A DNA stretch of 64,000 nt from an uncultured delta proteobacterium (GCA_963808235.1 CAWEEQ010000001.1:288001-352000), one strand, 5' to 3'. Counted from the stretch's first letter, positions 9,701 to 19,058 are shown. The notes: generated from the sequence alone by a model not told the origin. Program-made: numbers and translations.

Positions 9701-12571
9701 ATTATGGGGAAGCGGCATCTCGGGCGATCTGCCGATCGTGCTGGTTCGAATCGACGAAGCCGAAGATTTGGAAATCGTTCGCGAGCTGGTGCGTGCCCAC
9801 GAATATTGGCGGATGAAGACGGCTCGACAGTCGATCTCGTGATTCATGAACGAGCGGCCGCCGTCCTACGATCAGGAACTGCAGGCCACACTCGAGGCGC
9901 TCGTCCGCACCAATCTGTCGCGGCCGTATTCCGATGGGGAAGGTGTTCGCGGAGGGGTGTTCGTTCTGCGCGCCGACCAGGTTCCGGTCGAGGTGCGAAG
10001 CGTGCTCCAGAGCGTCGCCCGAGCGGTACTGCTCAGCCGGCGCGGGACGCTCTCCGAGCAGGTCAAGCGGCTTGAGATGTTCGAGCCGGCTGCGGCGCCG
10101 CCGCCGCGCCGCTTGCCGATGAACGGCCGGGTCCAAGCCCGCGACCGCGCGCCGCGAGATCGAGTTTTTCAACGGTCTCGGCGGATTTGCCAAAGACGGC
10201 CGCGAATATGTGACCACTCTCGGCGAAGGACAGTGGACGCCGGCACCATGGATCAACGTGATCGCGAATCCTTCGTTTGGTTTCCAGGTCTCGGTCGAAG
10301 GCGCGGGCTATACGTGGTCGGTAAACAGCCAACAACATCAGATTACGCAATGGTCGAACGATCCGGTCGGCGACCGTCCCGGTGAAGTGATTTACGTTCG
10401 CGATGAAGATACCGACGAGCTGTGGGGACCGACCGCACTGCCGATTCGCGAGGACGGCGCTCCCTACGTCATTCGTCACGGCCAGGGCTACAGCGTTTTC
10501 GAGCATAGCTCGCACGAACGTTTCGCTCGAGCTGACGCAATACGTGCCGCTCGGCGACTCGATAAAGATTTCGCGGCTGAAGATCCGCAATCTCTCCGCT
10601 CGCCCGCGGCGGCTTTCGATCACCGCATACGTCGAGTGGGTGCTTGGCACTGCGCGCGGCGTCTCGGCGCCGTTCGTGATAACCGAGCTCGATGCGGAGA
10701 CCCGCGCGATGCTCGCGCGCAATCCGTTCAGTACCGAATACGGAAGCCGGGTCGCGTTCGCAGACCTTAACGGCCGGCAACTCTCATGGACGGCGGACCG
10801 CACCGAGTTTCTCGGCCGCAACGGCACGCTCGACAATCCCGCCGCGCTCGCCAGCGGCCGGCCGCTCTCGAATCGAGTCGGCGCCGCGCTCGATCCGTGC
10901 GCCGCGCTGCAAACGACGCTGTATCTCAGATCGAATGGCGAGGCCGAGATCGATTTTTTTTCTCGGCGAGGCATCGACGCAGGGCGGACGCGCTTTCCTT
11001 GATAGCGAAATATCGAAGCACCGATCTCGACGCGGTGCTCGCCGAGGTAACGCGGCAGTGGGACGACGTCCTCGGCACGGTACAGGTGAAGACGCCGGAT
11101 CGCGCCATGGATATCGTTCTCAATCGCTGGCTGCTCTACCAGACGCTGTCATGTCGAGTGTGGGCGCGTTCGGCGTTCTACCAGGCGGGCGGCGCATTAT
11201 GGCTTTCGCGATCAGCTTCAGGATGTGATGGCGCTGACCGTGTCGCAGCCCGCGATTGCGCGCGAGCATCTTCTGCGCGCCGCGGGACGCCAGTTCGTGG
11301 CTGGAGACGTGCAGCACTGGTGGCTTCCGCCGATGGGCCAGGGGATTCGCACGCGGATCTCCGACAACCGGATATGGCTGCCGTTCGTGGCGGCGCATTA
11401 TATCGAGGTCACCGGCGATCTCGCGATCCTCGATGAGACCGCGCCGTTTCTCGACGGTCCTGCTCTGCGCGACGATCAGACGAATCGTTTTTTCAGCCGA
11501 TGATCTCCGAGCAGCGCGCCACCGTGTTCGAGCATTGCGCTCGCGCGCTCGACGTGAGTCTTCCGGTCGGCAACCACGGATTGCCATTGATGGGCTCCGG
11601 AGACTGGAACGACGGCATGAACCGGGTCGGTGAGAAGGGCAAGGGCGAGAGCATCTGGCTCGGATGGTTCCTCTACTCGACGCTGCTCCGGTTCGCGGAG
11701 TTCGCGGAACGTCGCGGCGAGGAAGAGCGCGCTTCGGCGTGGCGCAATCACGCCGACGGCCTTCGCGAGTCGCTCGAACATTCAGGATGGGACGGCAACT
11801 GGTATCGGCGCGCATACTTCGATGACGGAACGCCGCTAGGATCAGCCGGAAGCATCGAATGCCGAATCGATTCGATCGCGCAGTCGTGGGCGGTAATCTC
11901 CGGCGGCGCGGATCGCGCTCATTGCGTGGCCGCGATGGCGGCGGTCGACGAATACCTGGTGCGCAACGAGGACGCACTGGTGCTGCTTTTCACGCCGCCA
12001 TTCGACAAGACTCCGCTCGATCCCGGATACATCAAGGGCTATCCGCCCGGCATCCGCGAGAACGGCGGTCAATATACGCATGGCGCCATCTGGTCAGCTG
12101 ATCGCGTTTGCGATGCTCGGTGACGGCGACATGGCCGGCGAACTGTTCTCGATCTTGAATCCGATCAATCACGCCAACACTCGTTCCGGGATGCAGCGTT
12201 ACAAGGTCGAGCCGTACGTCGCATGTGCCGACGTATACTCGATGCCGCCTCACGTCGGGCGCGGCGGATGGACCTGGTACACCGGTTCGGCCGGCTGGAT
12301 GTATCGTGCCGGCCTCGAGTGGATACTCGGGTTTCGCTTGCGCGACAAGGCGATTGTGATCGAGCCGTGCATCCCGAAGGCATGGAAGGGCTTCGAGATG
12401 AGTTTCAAGTACCACTCAGCGCGTTACGAAATCGCGGTCGAAAATCCACGTGGCGTGAGTTGCGGAGTCACCCTGGTTGAACTCGACGGAGAGCCGCTCA
12501 AGGCGGACACGGTGAAGATCGCCCTTAGCGACGACGGCGGAGTGCATCAAGTGCGCGTCGTGCTTGGTTGA
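3728..12571 (+). CDS. ndvB: Cyclic beta-1,2-glucan synthase (GT84 + GH94 phosphorylase), split by ~20 frameshifts
   Basis: Consecutive fragments in alternating frames carry Cgs/NdvB hallmarks: [128 protein letters not shown]. Either an intact gene with sequencing indels or a recent pseudogene. Confidence 0.9.
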
Positions 12572-12657
12572 TAGGGACGAGCTACGGGAAATAGAATCGA
12601 CTTTGACGACGACTTAGTACTATTTCGGTTCTCCCGAGCACCCCATCTGCATTACCA

Positions 12658-12680
12658 CGAATAGTAATTTTGACTATTCG
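12658..12680. promoter_or_regulatory. Inverted repeat CGAATAGT-N7-ACTATTCG overlapping a TTGACT -35-like box
   Basis: Perfect 8-bp arms in an AT-rich intergenic region upstream of the YqjD-like operon. Confidence 0.6.
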
Positions 12681-12794
12681 GCAAAACTAGACTTATTAAT
12701 AGATCTGGAGGGTTAGCGATCTCGCGTGCGATCCTGCGCGCGACAAAAATATCGCTAACCGACAACACTGCTCGCGTTTGAAGAGGTAATTGCA

Positions 12795-13034
12795 ATGGCA
12801 TTTGAAGATGTTGGAAATTCCGCCGTAAACCAGGCGATGAACCAGGGCCGCCAGACCGCGCAGACCGCCAGTAAAGTTTTGCAGGACGGCTTCCAGGCTG
12901 CGCAGGATTACGTTCAGGAAAAGGGACTCGACTTTGACGTCCGTGAGTTCGTTCGCCGCGAACCGTGGCTGGCGATCGCGGGAGCCTTTGCGATCGGCTT
13001 CGTCGCCGCGCAGATTATCAAGCGCATAGCCTGA
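12795..13034 (+). CDS. ElaB/YqjD/DUF883-like tail-anchored protein
   Basis: GAGGT RBS; helical N-terminus, then FVRREPWLAIAGAFAIGFV C-terminal TM motif. Confidence 0.8.
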   Translation: MAFEDVGNSAVNQAMNQGRQTAQTASKVLQDGFQAAQDYVQEKGLDFDVREFVRREPWLAIAGAFAIGFVAAQIIKRIA

Positions 13035-13048
13035 GCCGCCGGTGACTC

Positions 13049-13345
13049 GTGAATACTTCAAAAAATAGCCCGGCGCGGCGGCGCGATGTAGCCGAATACA
13101 TCCGCGACGAACCCTTGACCGCTATGGCGATAGCTTCGGCAGCGGGATTCGTCCTGGGTGGAGGAGTTACCGGCCGCGTCGGGCGCGGATTGATCGCGAT
13201 GGTTGGTCGGACTGCCTTCGCCTCGTTGTGGCCGGTTCTATTGGCCGCGATGGTTGCCGACGGCGACGGCGACGACACCAGAAGAAACGGCGCCGGAACG
13301 GGCGGTGTGATGCATGACAACGGAAGAACAGATTTCCAGAAATGA
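13049..13345 (+). CDS. DUF883-like membrane protein
   Basis: YIRDEPLTAMAIASAAGFVLGG motif; operon position. Confidence 0.65.
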   Translation: MNTSKNSPARRRDVAEYIRDEPLTAMAIASAAGFVLGGGVTGRVGRGLIAMVGRTAFASLWPVLLAAMVADGDGDDTRRNGAGTGGVMHDNGRTDFQK

Positions 13346-13610
13346 AGATGAGCGCGACGAAGCGCGGCAGAGTCTTCGCGACACTTTGACAGAGGTCAAT
13401 GCGAAAGTTGAGCGCGCGGGAGACGAACTTCGCCCGATACACATCGTCGAGAGCAACCCCGTCGCCGCTTCGCTGGCCGCAGCTACCTTGGGGTTTCTGG
13501 TCGGCTCGACAGTCACCAATCGAACGACCGGCGTTATCATGATTGCCGCAGTGCTGGGTTTTGCACTTTCGATTCGCTCTTCCAATGAACCGGACAAATA
13601 CGATGGCTGA
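13314..13610 (+). CDS. DUF3618/YqjD-like membrane protein
   Basis: Coiled N-terminus (EARQSLRDTLTEV), then IVESNPVAASLAAATLGFLVG and a second TM segment. Confidence 0.7.
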   Translation: MTTEEQISRNEDERDEARQSLRDTLTEVNAKVERAGDELRPIHIVESNPVAASLAAATLGFLVGSTVTNRTTGVIMIAAVLGFALSIRSSNEPDKYDG

Positions 13611-13956
13611 GAAGCATTATCTGCCCGTCGCCGAATCTCCCGAGCTACATTCAGATTGGGCGAGCCTGGTCGAGAGGGCGGTGGACGATGTCTCCCGCAT
13701 TCTGCGCTCCGAAGCGCAGATGTTTCAGACCAGCATCGCGTCGGCGCTGGAGCGGCAGATCTCAAAATCGGTGACGCTTCTGGCCGTGCTCAGTCTGATG
13801 ATTTGCGGCGGGCTATGCATCCTGTCGGCGGCTATTCTTTTGCTCCATCAATGGCTCCCTTTGTGGCAGGCCTTTGGATGCGTCGGGCTTGCCAGCTTGA
13901 TTGCCGGTATAATCGTTAGTGTCGCGATGAGGCCAGGGGCCGAGGCCAAGCCCTGA
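13603..13956 (+). CDS. YqjE-like (phage holin family) membrane protein
   Basis: SLVERAVDDVSRILRSEAQM amphipathic helix plus two TM segments; ATG overlaps the end of the upstream gene. Confidence 0.7.
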   Translation: MAEKHYLPVAESPELHSDWASLVERAVDDVSRILRSEAQMFQTSIASALERQISKSVTLLAVLSLMICGGLCILSAAILLLHQWLPLWQAFGCVGLASLIAGIIVSVAMRPGAEAKP

Positions 13957-13962
13957 AAAATC

Positions 13963-15852
13963 TTGGTCCGATTCGTTTTGGAAACACCAGCGAAATTTTC
14001 AGCGCCTATTGAAAGCGACTCCGACGAAGGAATCGAGCCGGGCGGTGCGGCGCGACCGATTGTCGCAGTAATCGTAGCCACGGCAGTTCTCTATTTCGGC
14101 CGGGACATATTCATTCCACTGGCGGTCGCATCGCTGTTGGCGGTTATTTTCAGCCCGATCGCAAGCCGCCTGGAGCGGTTCGTCGGGCTTTTCTTCAGTT
14201 CGCTGCTAGTCGTCGTGACGGCAATCGTAGCTATTGCCGGGCTCACCTATTTCCTTACCACCGAGATCACTTCAGTCGCGGTCCAGGTCACCGATTACAC
14301 CGACAATATTTCCGCCAAGATCACGGCACTTAAGGGAAGCACGCCCGAGTGGCTGCAACGCATCAAAGATGGCATCACTGACGTTGAGCGACAGGTGCAA
14401 AAGCCCGAGCGTAAGCAGAAGGCGACGGCTGTGGTTCAGGCCGCCGCGCCTGAATCGGGAATGGAACAGGTCATCAAGCCGACCCTCCCGTTGCTGCAGG
14501 GCATGATCGAGACCTTGTTCATCATCGTGCTGTTCTTCTTCCTCCTTTACGGCCGAAAAGAGTTGCGCGATCGCCTGGTGCGATTGACGGCGCGAGTCCG
14601 CGTGACCCTGTCGGCGGAAGGGATCGCGACCGCGGCCGGCGCGGTCAGCCATTACCTGTTGCTGTTCTTCCTGATTAACGTTGGTTACGGAGTGATCATT
14701 GGAATCGCGATGTGGATGCTCGGGTTGCCGAATCCGGCGCTGTGGGGCGCCCTTGCGACACTGCTTCGTTTTATTCCTTACGTCGGCGTTCCGGTCGCGG
14801 CCCTGCTTCCGACCTGCGTCGCGATTGCCGTGTTCCCCGGATGGAGCAAGTCGATCGAGGTCCTCTGCATCTTTGTCGCGAGCGATCAGATCGTCGGCTA
14901 CCTGGTCGAGCCATTCCTGATCGGGCGCGGAATTGGCCTTTCTCCGCTGGCGCTGCTGGTGTCCGCGATGTTCTGGTCGTGGCTCTGGGGGCTGCCGGGA
15001 CTCCTGCTGGCCACCTCTCTTACGGCCTGTCTCAAAGTCGCGGGTGATTACATACCGGCTTTTGGCTTTTTCTCGGTCCTGCTCGGCGCGGACGGAACTC
15101 TGGAGGAATGCGACGACTATTATCGGTGCCTGCTCGAACTCGACGTGACCGCGGCTCGAAATATCGCCATCCGCTATTGTGACAAGAACGGTCTCGAGCC
15201 GACCTTCGACAACGTTCTGATCGCGGCGGTGGAGTTGGCCGGCCTGGAACGATCCGAGAATCACATCAGCCAGGAAAATCAGACGCTGATCAACGACACT
15301 ACAATCGCGCTAGTGACAGAGCTCGGTGGAAGGTTCAGCAAACCGCAAATCGCTTCACGCCTGCGGATACTTGGAGCATGCGTGCCGGGCGAAGTTCACC
15401 GAATGGGTCTGCAAATGTTGCTCGAGCTGTTGCGCCGGGCTGGAACCGCCGCAAACTTCCTGGCTGAAAGCGATTCGCCTCAGGAGCTGCGTGATTTTAT
15501 CAAACGCTACGCGCCCGATTTGGTCCTGCTTTCGTGCACAACGACCGAATGCGCACCCGGCGCGGCGGAACTGGTGCGCGGGCTCATCGCGGATTCGCCC
15601 GGCTTGATTATAGTCTGCGGCGGAAGCGGCGCTCTGGCAGAGGGTACGCTACTGCTCGAGGCGGGCGCGTCCCAGGTTTGTGAAAGTAGAAGTGACTTGC
15701 GGCGAACCGTCAGACGGTTTGCGCTCAGACGATCGGTCTATCGATCGGGCGGATTTGGCCGGCAGAATCCTCGCGCTCCCATCGCGACAATGAGCGTTAC
15801 ACCTGCTGCGGATTTCAGCGACAATAGAGTCGCCATGACACGAAATGAGTAG
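13963..15852 (+). CDS. AI-2E family transporter with C-terminal cobalamin-binding-like domain
   Basis: LYFGRDIFIPLAVA, LRFIPYVG, LVEPFLIG, WSWLWGLPGLLLA (AI-2E). C-terminal helical cap plus GACVPGEVHRMG...LVLLSCT...CGG Rossmann motif. Confidence 0.88.
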   Translation: MVRFVLETPAKFSAPIESDSDEGIEPGGAARPIVAVIVATAVLYFGRDIFIPLAVASLLAVIFSPIASRLERFVGLFFSSLLVVVTAIVAIAGLTYFLTTEITSVAVQVTDYTDNISAKITALKGSTPEWLQRIKDGITDVERQVQKPERKQKATAVVQAAAPESGMEQVIKPTLPLLQGMIETLFIIVLFFFLLYGRKELRDRLVRLTARVRVTLSAEGIATAAGAVSHYLLLFFLINVGYGVIIGIAMWMLGLPNPALWGALATLLRFIPYVGVPVAALLPTCVAIAVFPGWSKSIEVLCIFVASDQIVGYLVEPFLIGRGIGLSPLALLVSAMFWSWLWGLPGLLLATSLTACLKVAGDYIPAFGFFSVLLGADGTLEECDDYYRCLLELDVTAARNIAIRYCDKNGLEPTFDNVLIAAVELAGLERSENHISQENQTLINDTTIALVTELGGRFSKPQIASRLRILGACVPGEVHRMGLQMLLELLRRAGTAANFLAESDSPQELRDFIKRYAPDLVLLSCTTTECAPGAAELVRGLIADSPGLIIVCGGSGALAEGTLLLEAGASQVCESRSDLRRTVRRFALRRSVYRSGGFGRQNPRAPIATMSVTPAADFSDNRVAMTRNE

Positions 15853-15890
15853 TGTTCGTTCTTCCCAGCACCGGAATTACCCAGCCAGTT

Positions 15891-15919
15891 TTGACTATTC
15901 GACTGACTATACTTAGAAT
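15891..15919 (+). promoter_or_regulatory. sigma70-type promoter TTGACT-N17-TAGAAT
   Basis: Near-consensus boxes with exact 17-bp spacing upstream of the secreted repeat protein. Confidence 0.6.
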
Positions 15920-16100
15920 CTAATTGTCGGGATCGATATAGGATTCGAGTCCCGCTTGATCCAGCCCCACGGTGGCCCTTCCGCTCGCCTTTGACCACCT
16001 TTCTGCTCGACCACAGTAAGCTTTCGGTAGGCAAGGCTTGGAAGAGCCCCGCATTGAGACGTCCTCGTCTCACTTGCCGCGCTTTATGGGAATAAATTCG

Positions 16101-17282
16101 ATGAAAAAACGACTGAGATTCACAATCACGTTGTCGGGCGCCGCCTTGGCCTTGGCGATCGCAATACCGGCGATGGCCCAGTACGGCGATAACGGGCCAG
16201 GCCCAGGCTACGGACCCGGACCAGGCTACGGATCGGGTCCAAACTACGGACCGGGTCAAAATTACGGACCGCAGGGCTACACGGGAGCCGGCTACTACGG
16301 AGGTCCTGGGCAGCAAGGATGGGGCGCATACGATAATGGTCACACCTGGCGAGGCGCACGATGGTGGCATCAGCACGACATCATGTGGTTCTACGCCAAT
16401 CATCCGGAGTGGGCCATCATGGACTCGTTGTGGCGCAACGAAGATGGCGACTTCGACAATAGCAACAATTGGCACGATGCCTATTGGTGGCATCAGAACG
16501 ATCCGGATTTCTTCTACGCCAATCATCCGAACTGGGTTTCGTGGAACTCGCGGTGGCTGAATGAGGACGGCGCCTACGACGGGCAACATAACTGGCACTA
16601 CGGCCAATGGTGGTACAACCAGAATCCGAACTGGGTAAACGCCAACCATCCCAACTGGATCAGCCAGCATCAGAACTGGGCGAATCATTCCGAACCGCAA
16701 GACCATCGGGCCGTAATGCGGACCGAGAACGAAGGAAGCCGGGCAACGCGCAATGAGCAGGCGTCGCGCGAGCAGAATCGGTCGAGCGCAGTAACTGAGC
16801 AGCGCAACCAGGCGAATCGCACCGAGCAGGCTTCGCGCGTCGAACAGCAGAACCAGACACGTGCGGCAAGCGAACAGCGCAACCAGGCGAATCGCACTGA
16901 GCAGGCTTCGCGCGTCGAACAGCAGAATCAGACACGGGCGGCAAGCGAACAACGCAACCAGGCAAATCGCACCGAGCAGGCCTCGCGCGTCGAACGGCAG
17001 AACCAGACACGAGCGGCAAGCGAACAGCGCAACCAGGCGACGCGCCAGCAAGCCACGCACGAAGAGCGTTCGTCGCGTCAGCCGCAGGCGACGCATGAGC
17101 AGCAGGCTCGTCCGGCGCAGGCCGCACACGAGGAGCGTTCGTCACGTCAGCCGCAGGCCGCGCACGAGCAGCAGGCTCGTCCGGCGCAGGCCTCGCATGA
17201 GCAGCATTCGTCGAGTCAGCCACAGGGGCATCAGCAGCAGGCGAACGCAGGGCATCAGGGCGGGCACGAAGGAAAGAACTAG
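16101..17282 (+). CDS. Secreted low-complexity repeat protein (Gly-Pro-Tyr / Trp-His / Gln-Arg-Glu repeats)
   Basis: Signal peptide MKKRLRFTITLSGAALALAIAIPAMA; GPGPGY repeats; three 41-aa Trp-rich repeats; 25-aa and 23-aa hydrophilic repeats; followed by a terminator. Confidence 0.85.
   Translation: MKKRLRFTITLSGAALALAIAIPAMAQYGDNGPGPGYGPGPGYGSGPNYGPGQNYGPQGYTGAGYYGGPGQQGWGAYDNGHTWRGARWWHQHDIMWFYANHPEWAIMDSLWRNEDGDFDNSNNWHDAYWWHQNDPDFFYANHPNWVSWNSRWLNEDGAYDGQHNWHYGQWWYNQNPNWVNANHPNWISQHQNWANHSEPQDHRAVMRTENEGSRATRNEQASREQNRSSAVTEQRNQANRTEQASRVEQQNQTRAASEQRNQANRTEQASRVEQQNQTRAASEQRNQANRTEQASRVERQNQTRAASEQRNQATRQQATHEERSSRQPQATHEQQARPAQAAHEERSSRQPQAAHEQQARPAQASHEQHSSSQPQGHQQQANAGHQGGHEGKN
16797..17039 (+). 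repeat. 75-bp coding tandem repeat x3.2 (EQRNQANRTEQASRVEQQNQTRAAS)
   Basis: Units start at 16797, 16872, 16947 and 17022; differences are mostly synonymous. Confidence 0.9.
17052..17225 (+). repeat. 69-bp coding tandem repeat x2.5 (ATHEERSSRQPQATHEQQARPAQ)
   Basis: Units start at 17052, 17121 and 17190. Confidence 0.88.
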
Positions 17283-17290
17283 TCGCCGGT

Positions 17291-17321
17291 GCGATACGGC
17301 CTAAACAGCCGTATCGCTTTT
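17291..17321 (+). terminator. Rho-independent terminator
   Basis: GCGATACGGC-7nt-GCCGTATCGC followed by TTTT, 8 bp after the stop codon. Confidence 0.8.
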
Positions 17322-17385
17322 CGACATCAAATGGCCGCACCGGTCCTAATGACGGTGCGGCCGCTTCATGTAATGACTACTAGCC

Positions 17386-18750
17386 ATGATCGCCGCCGTC
17401 GAAGGCTTCCTTAGCCAGTCCGGGCCCTGGGCGCTGGTCGCAATCTTTGTGGTCATTGCGCTGGAGTCGTGCGCCTTTCTGGTGGTCTTCCCCGGCGAAT
17501 CGCTTGCTCTGATCGCCGGCGCAATGGCCGCCGATGAATTCTTCTCACCGTGGACTGCGTTCGCAACGGTGGCCTGCGCCGCAATCGTCGGCGACCTGAC
17601 TGGCTTTACGCTCGGCCGCTACCGAGGCCAGGCGGTGCTGGCGCGATTGGCCTTTGCGCGGCGCCAATATGAAAAGCATCGCGAGCGCCTCGAGCACTAT
17701 TTCGATTACTGGGGCAGCGCGACGGTGTTTGTCGGCCGCTTCGTCGCAGTCGGGCGCGCTTTCGTTCCATTTGCGGCGGGTCTGTCAGGGATGCGTCCGC
17801 GCAGGTTCGTCCCGACGGCTTTGGCCGCAGGGCTGGTATGGGCTTCCCTAACCGTCGGGCTTGGCTACACGCTGGGCTCCAACTGGAGGCTCGTCGAGAA
17901 ATGGCTCAAGTCGCTGGCCGCCGGAATTATCGCCGTGGCGATCCTGACCGCTCTCATGGCCGTACTGTGGCGATCTGTCGCCCGGCGCCAAACGACGATC
18001 ATCGGATGGTGGCATCGACATCTAACCGGTCGTTACGGTTTCGATCTGACTCCTTTTGTGAATTTCGTTCGTGCCCGTCTCTCGCCGCGCGGCTACCTGG
18101 GTCTCCATCTGACGGTTGGACTGATCGCGCTGGCATCGCTGGCGTGGCTATTCGGCGGTATTGTCGACCTTATCTCGGAAGAGAACGCGATGGGTGGACT
18201 CGACGGGACGGTGGCGATGATTGTCGCAGGCATCCGCACTTCGAGGCTCGACTCGGCCGTCGGCGTAATCGCCGAGCTGGCCAATCCGCTCTGGCTGGTC
18301 CTGATCGTCGGAGTTGGTGCGATCGCTTATGCCCGCCGTCGTGACGCGAGCCTGGCTATTGTGGCGCTGCCATTTCTGGGCGGCGCATATGCGGTCGCAT
18401 ACGGCCTGCAAGCCATGTTCGCGCGGCACGCTGCTCATCAACCCGAACTGGTGTTGGTAAATGGGTTTGCAGGCTTTCCCAGCGCGGCGCTGACAGCGTC
18501 GACGGCCGCATACGGGATGCTTTGCTACATGCTCGCGGCTGGGACCCGAAGCTGGGGTCTGCAAACACTAAGCGTGGTTGGGGCACTTTACATCGTGGCA
18601 CTGATCGCGTTGGCGGGTATCTATTCAGGATTGGCGGTGAGCGCGATTATCGGGGGTTTTGCGCTCGGTGGATGCTGGGCGGTGATCTGTGTGACTGGAA
18701 GCCGCACCTACTATCGATTGCGCGACTCGAGCGTCGCATCCGATCGCTGA
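17386..18750 (+). CDS. DedA family protein fused to a degenerate PAP2-like domain
   Basis: FPGESL, GDLTGFTLGR, VFVGRFV, FAAGLSGM (DedA/SNARE_assoc); FVRARLSP.GYLGLHLTVG linker; C-terminal GFPSAA where PAP2 has FPSGH. Confidence 0.85.
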   Translation: MIAAVEGFLSQSGPWALVAIFVVIALESCAFLVVFPGESLALIAGAMAADEFFSPWTAFATVACAAIVGDLTGFTLGRYRGQAVLARLAFARRQYEKHRERLEHYFDYWGSATVFVGRFVAVGRAFVPFAAGLSGMRPRRFVPTALAAGLVWASLTVGLGYTLGSNWRLVEKWLKSLAAGIIAVAILTALMAVLWRSVARRQTTIIGWWHRHLTGRYGFDLTPFVNFVRARLSPRGYLGLHLTVGLIALASLAWLFGGIVDLISEENAMGGLDGTVAMIVAGIRTSRLDSAVGVIAELANPLWLVLIVGVGAIAYARRRDASLAIVALPFLGGAYAVAYGLQAMFARHAAHQPELVLVNGFAGFPSAALTASTAAYGMLCYMLAAGTRSWGLQTLSVVGALYIVALIALAGIYSGLAVSAIIGGFALGGCWAVICVTGSRTYYRLRDSSVASDR

Positions 18751-19058
18751 GTTGATCCGCGCGGCACAATCCCAATAGTCACTTTTTTGTCATCGCAGTC
18801 GCCAAGCGGCAATGCGATGTCGCTTGCCGCTGACTCGATGTCGCGGAATACATCTGCGACGCTTTGCTCTGTCACCGTTACTTACCTTCTGATCACCTGA
18901 ATTCTCCTTCCTCCAATCACTTACCGCGCGAAGATCCGCACACCTTCACAGGGCACGGACCTTGCGTTTGTAGTGTTCGGCGCAAACTCGCGGCGGTCGG
19001 AGAAAAGTTTCCTTCGCTAGCAGAGTACTCGCCTAGCTCGACAAAAAAGGTACCTGTG

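Noticed and set aside
3728-12571. Programmed frameshifting or phase variation in ndvB
   Set aside because: The shifts are too many and mostly not at slippery or homopolymer sites; sequencing error or decay is simpler.
16797-17225. CRISPR-like array
   Set aside because: The repeats are contiguous multiples of 3 with no unique spacers, lie in frame within a CDS, and no cas genes are present.
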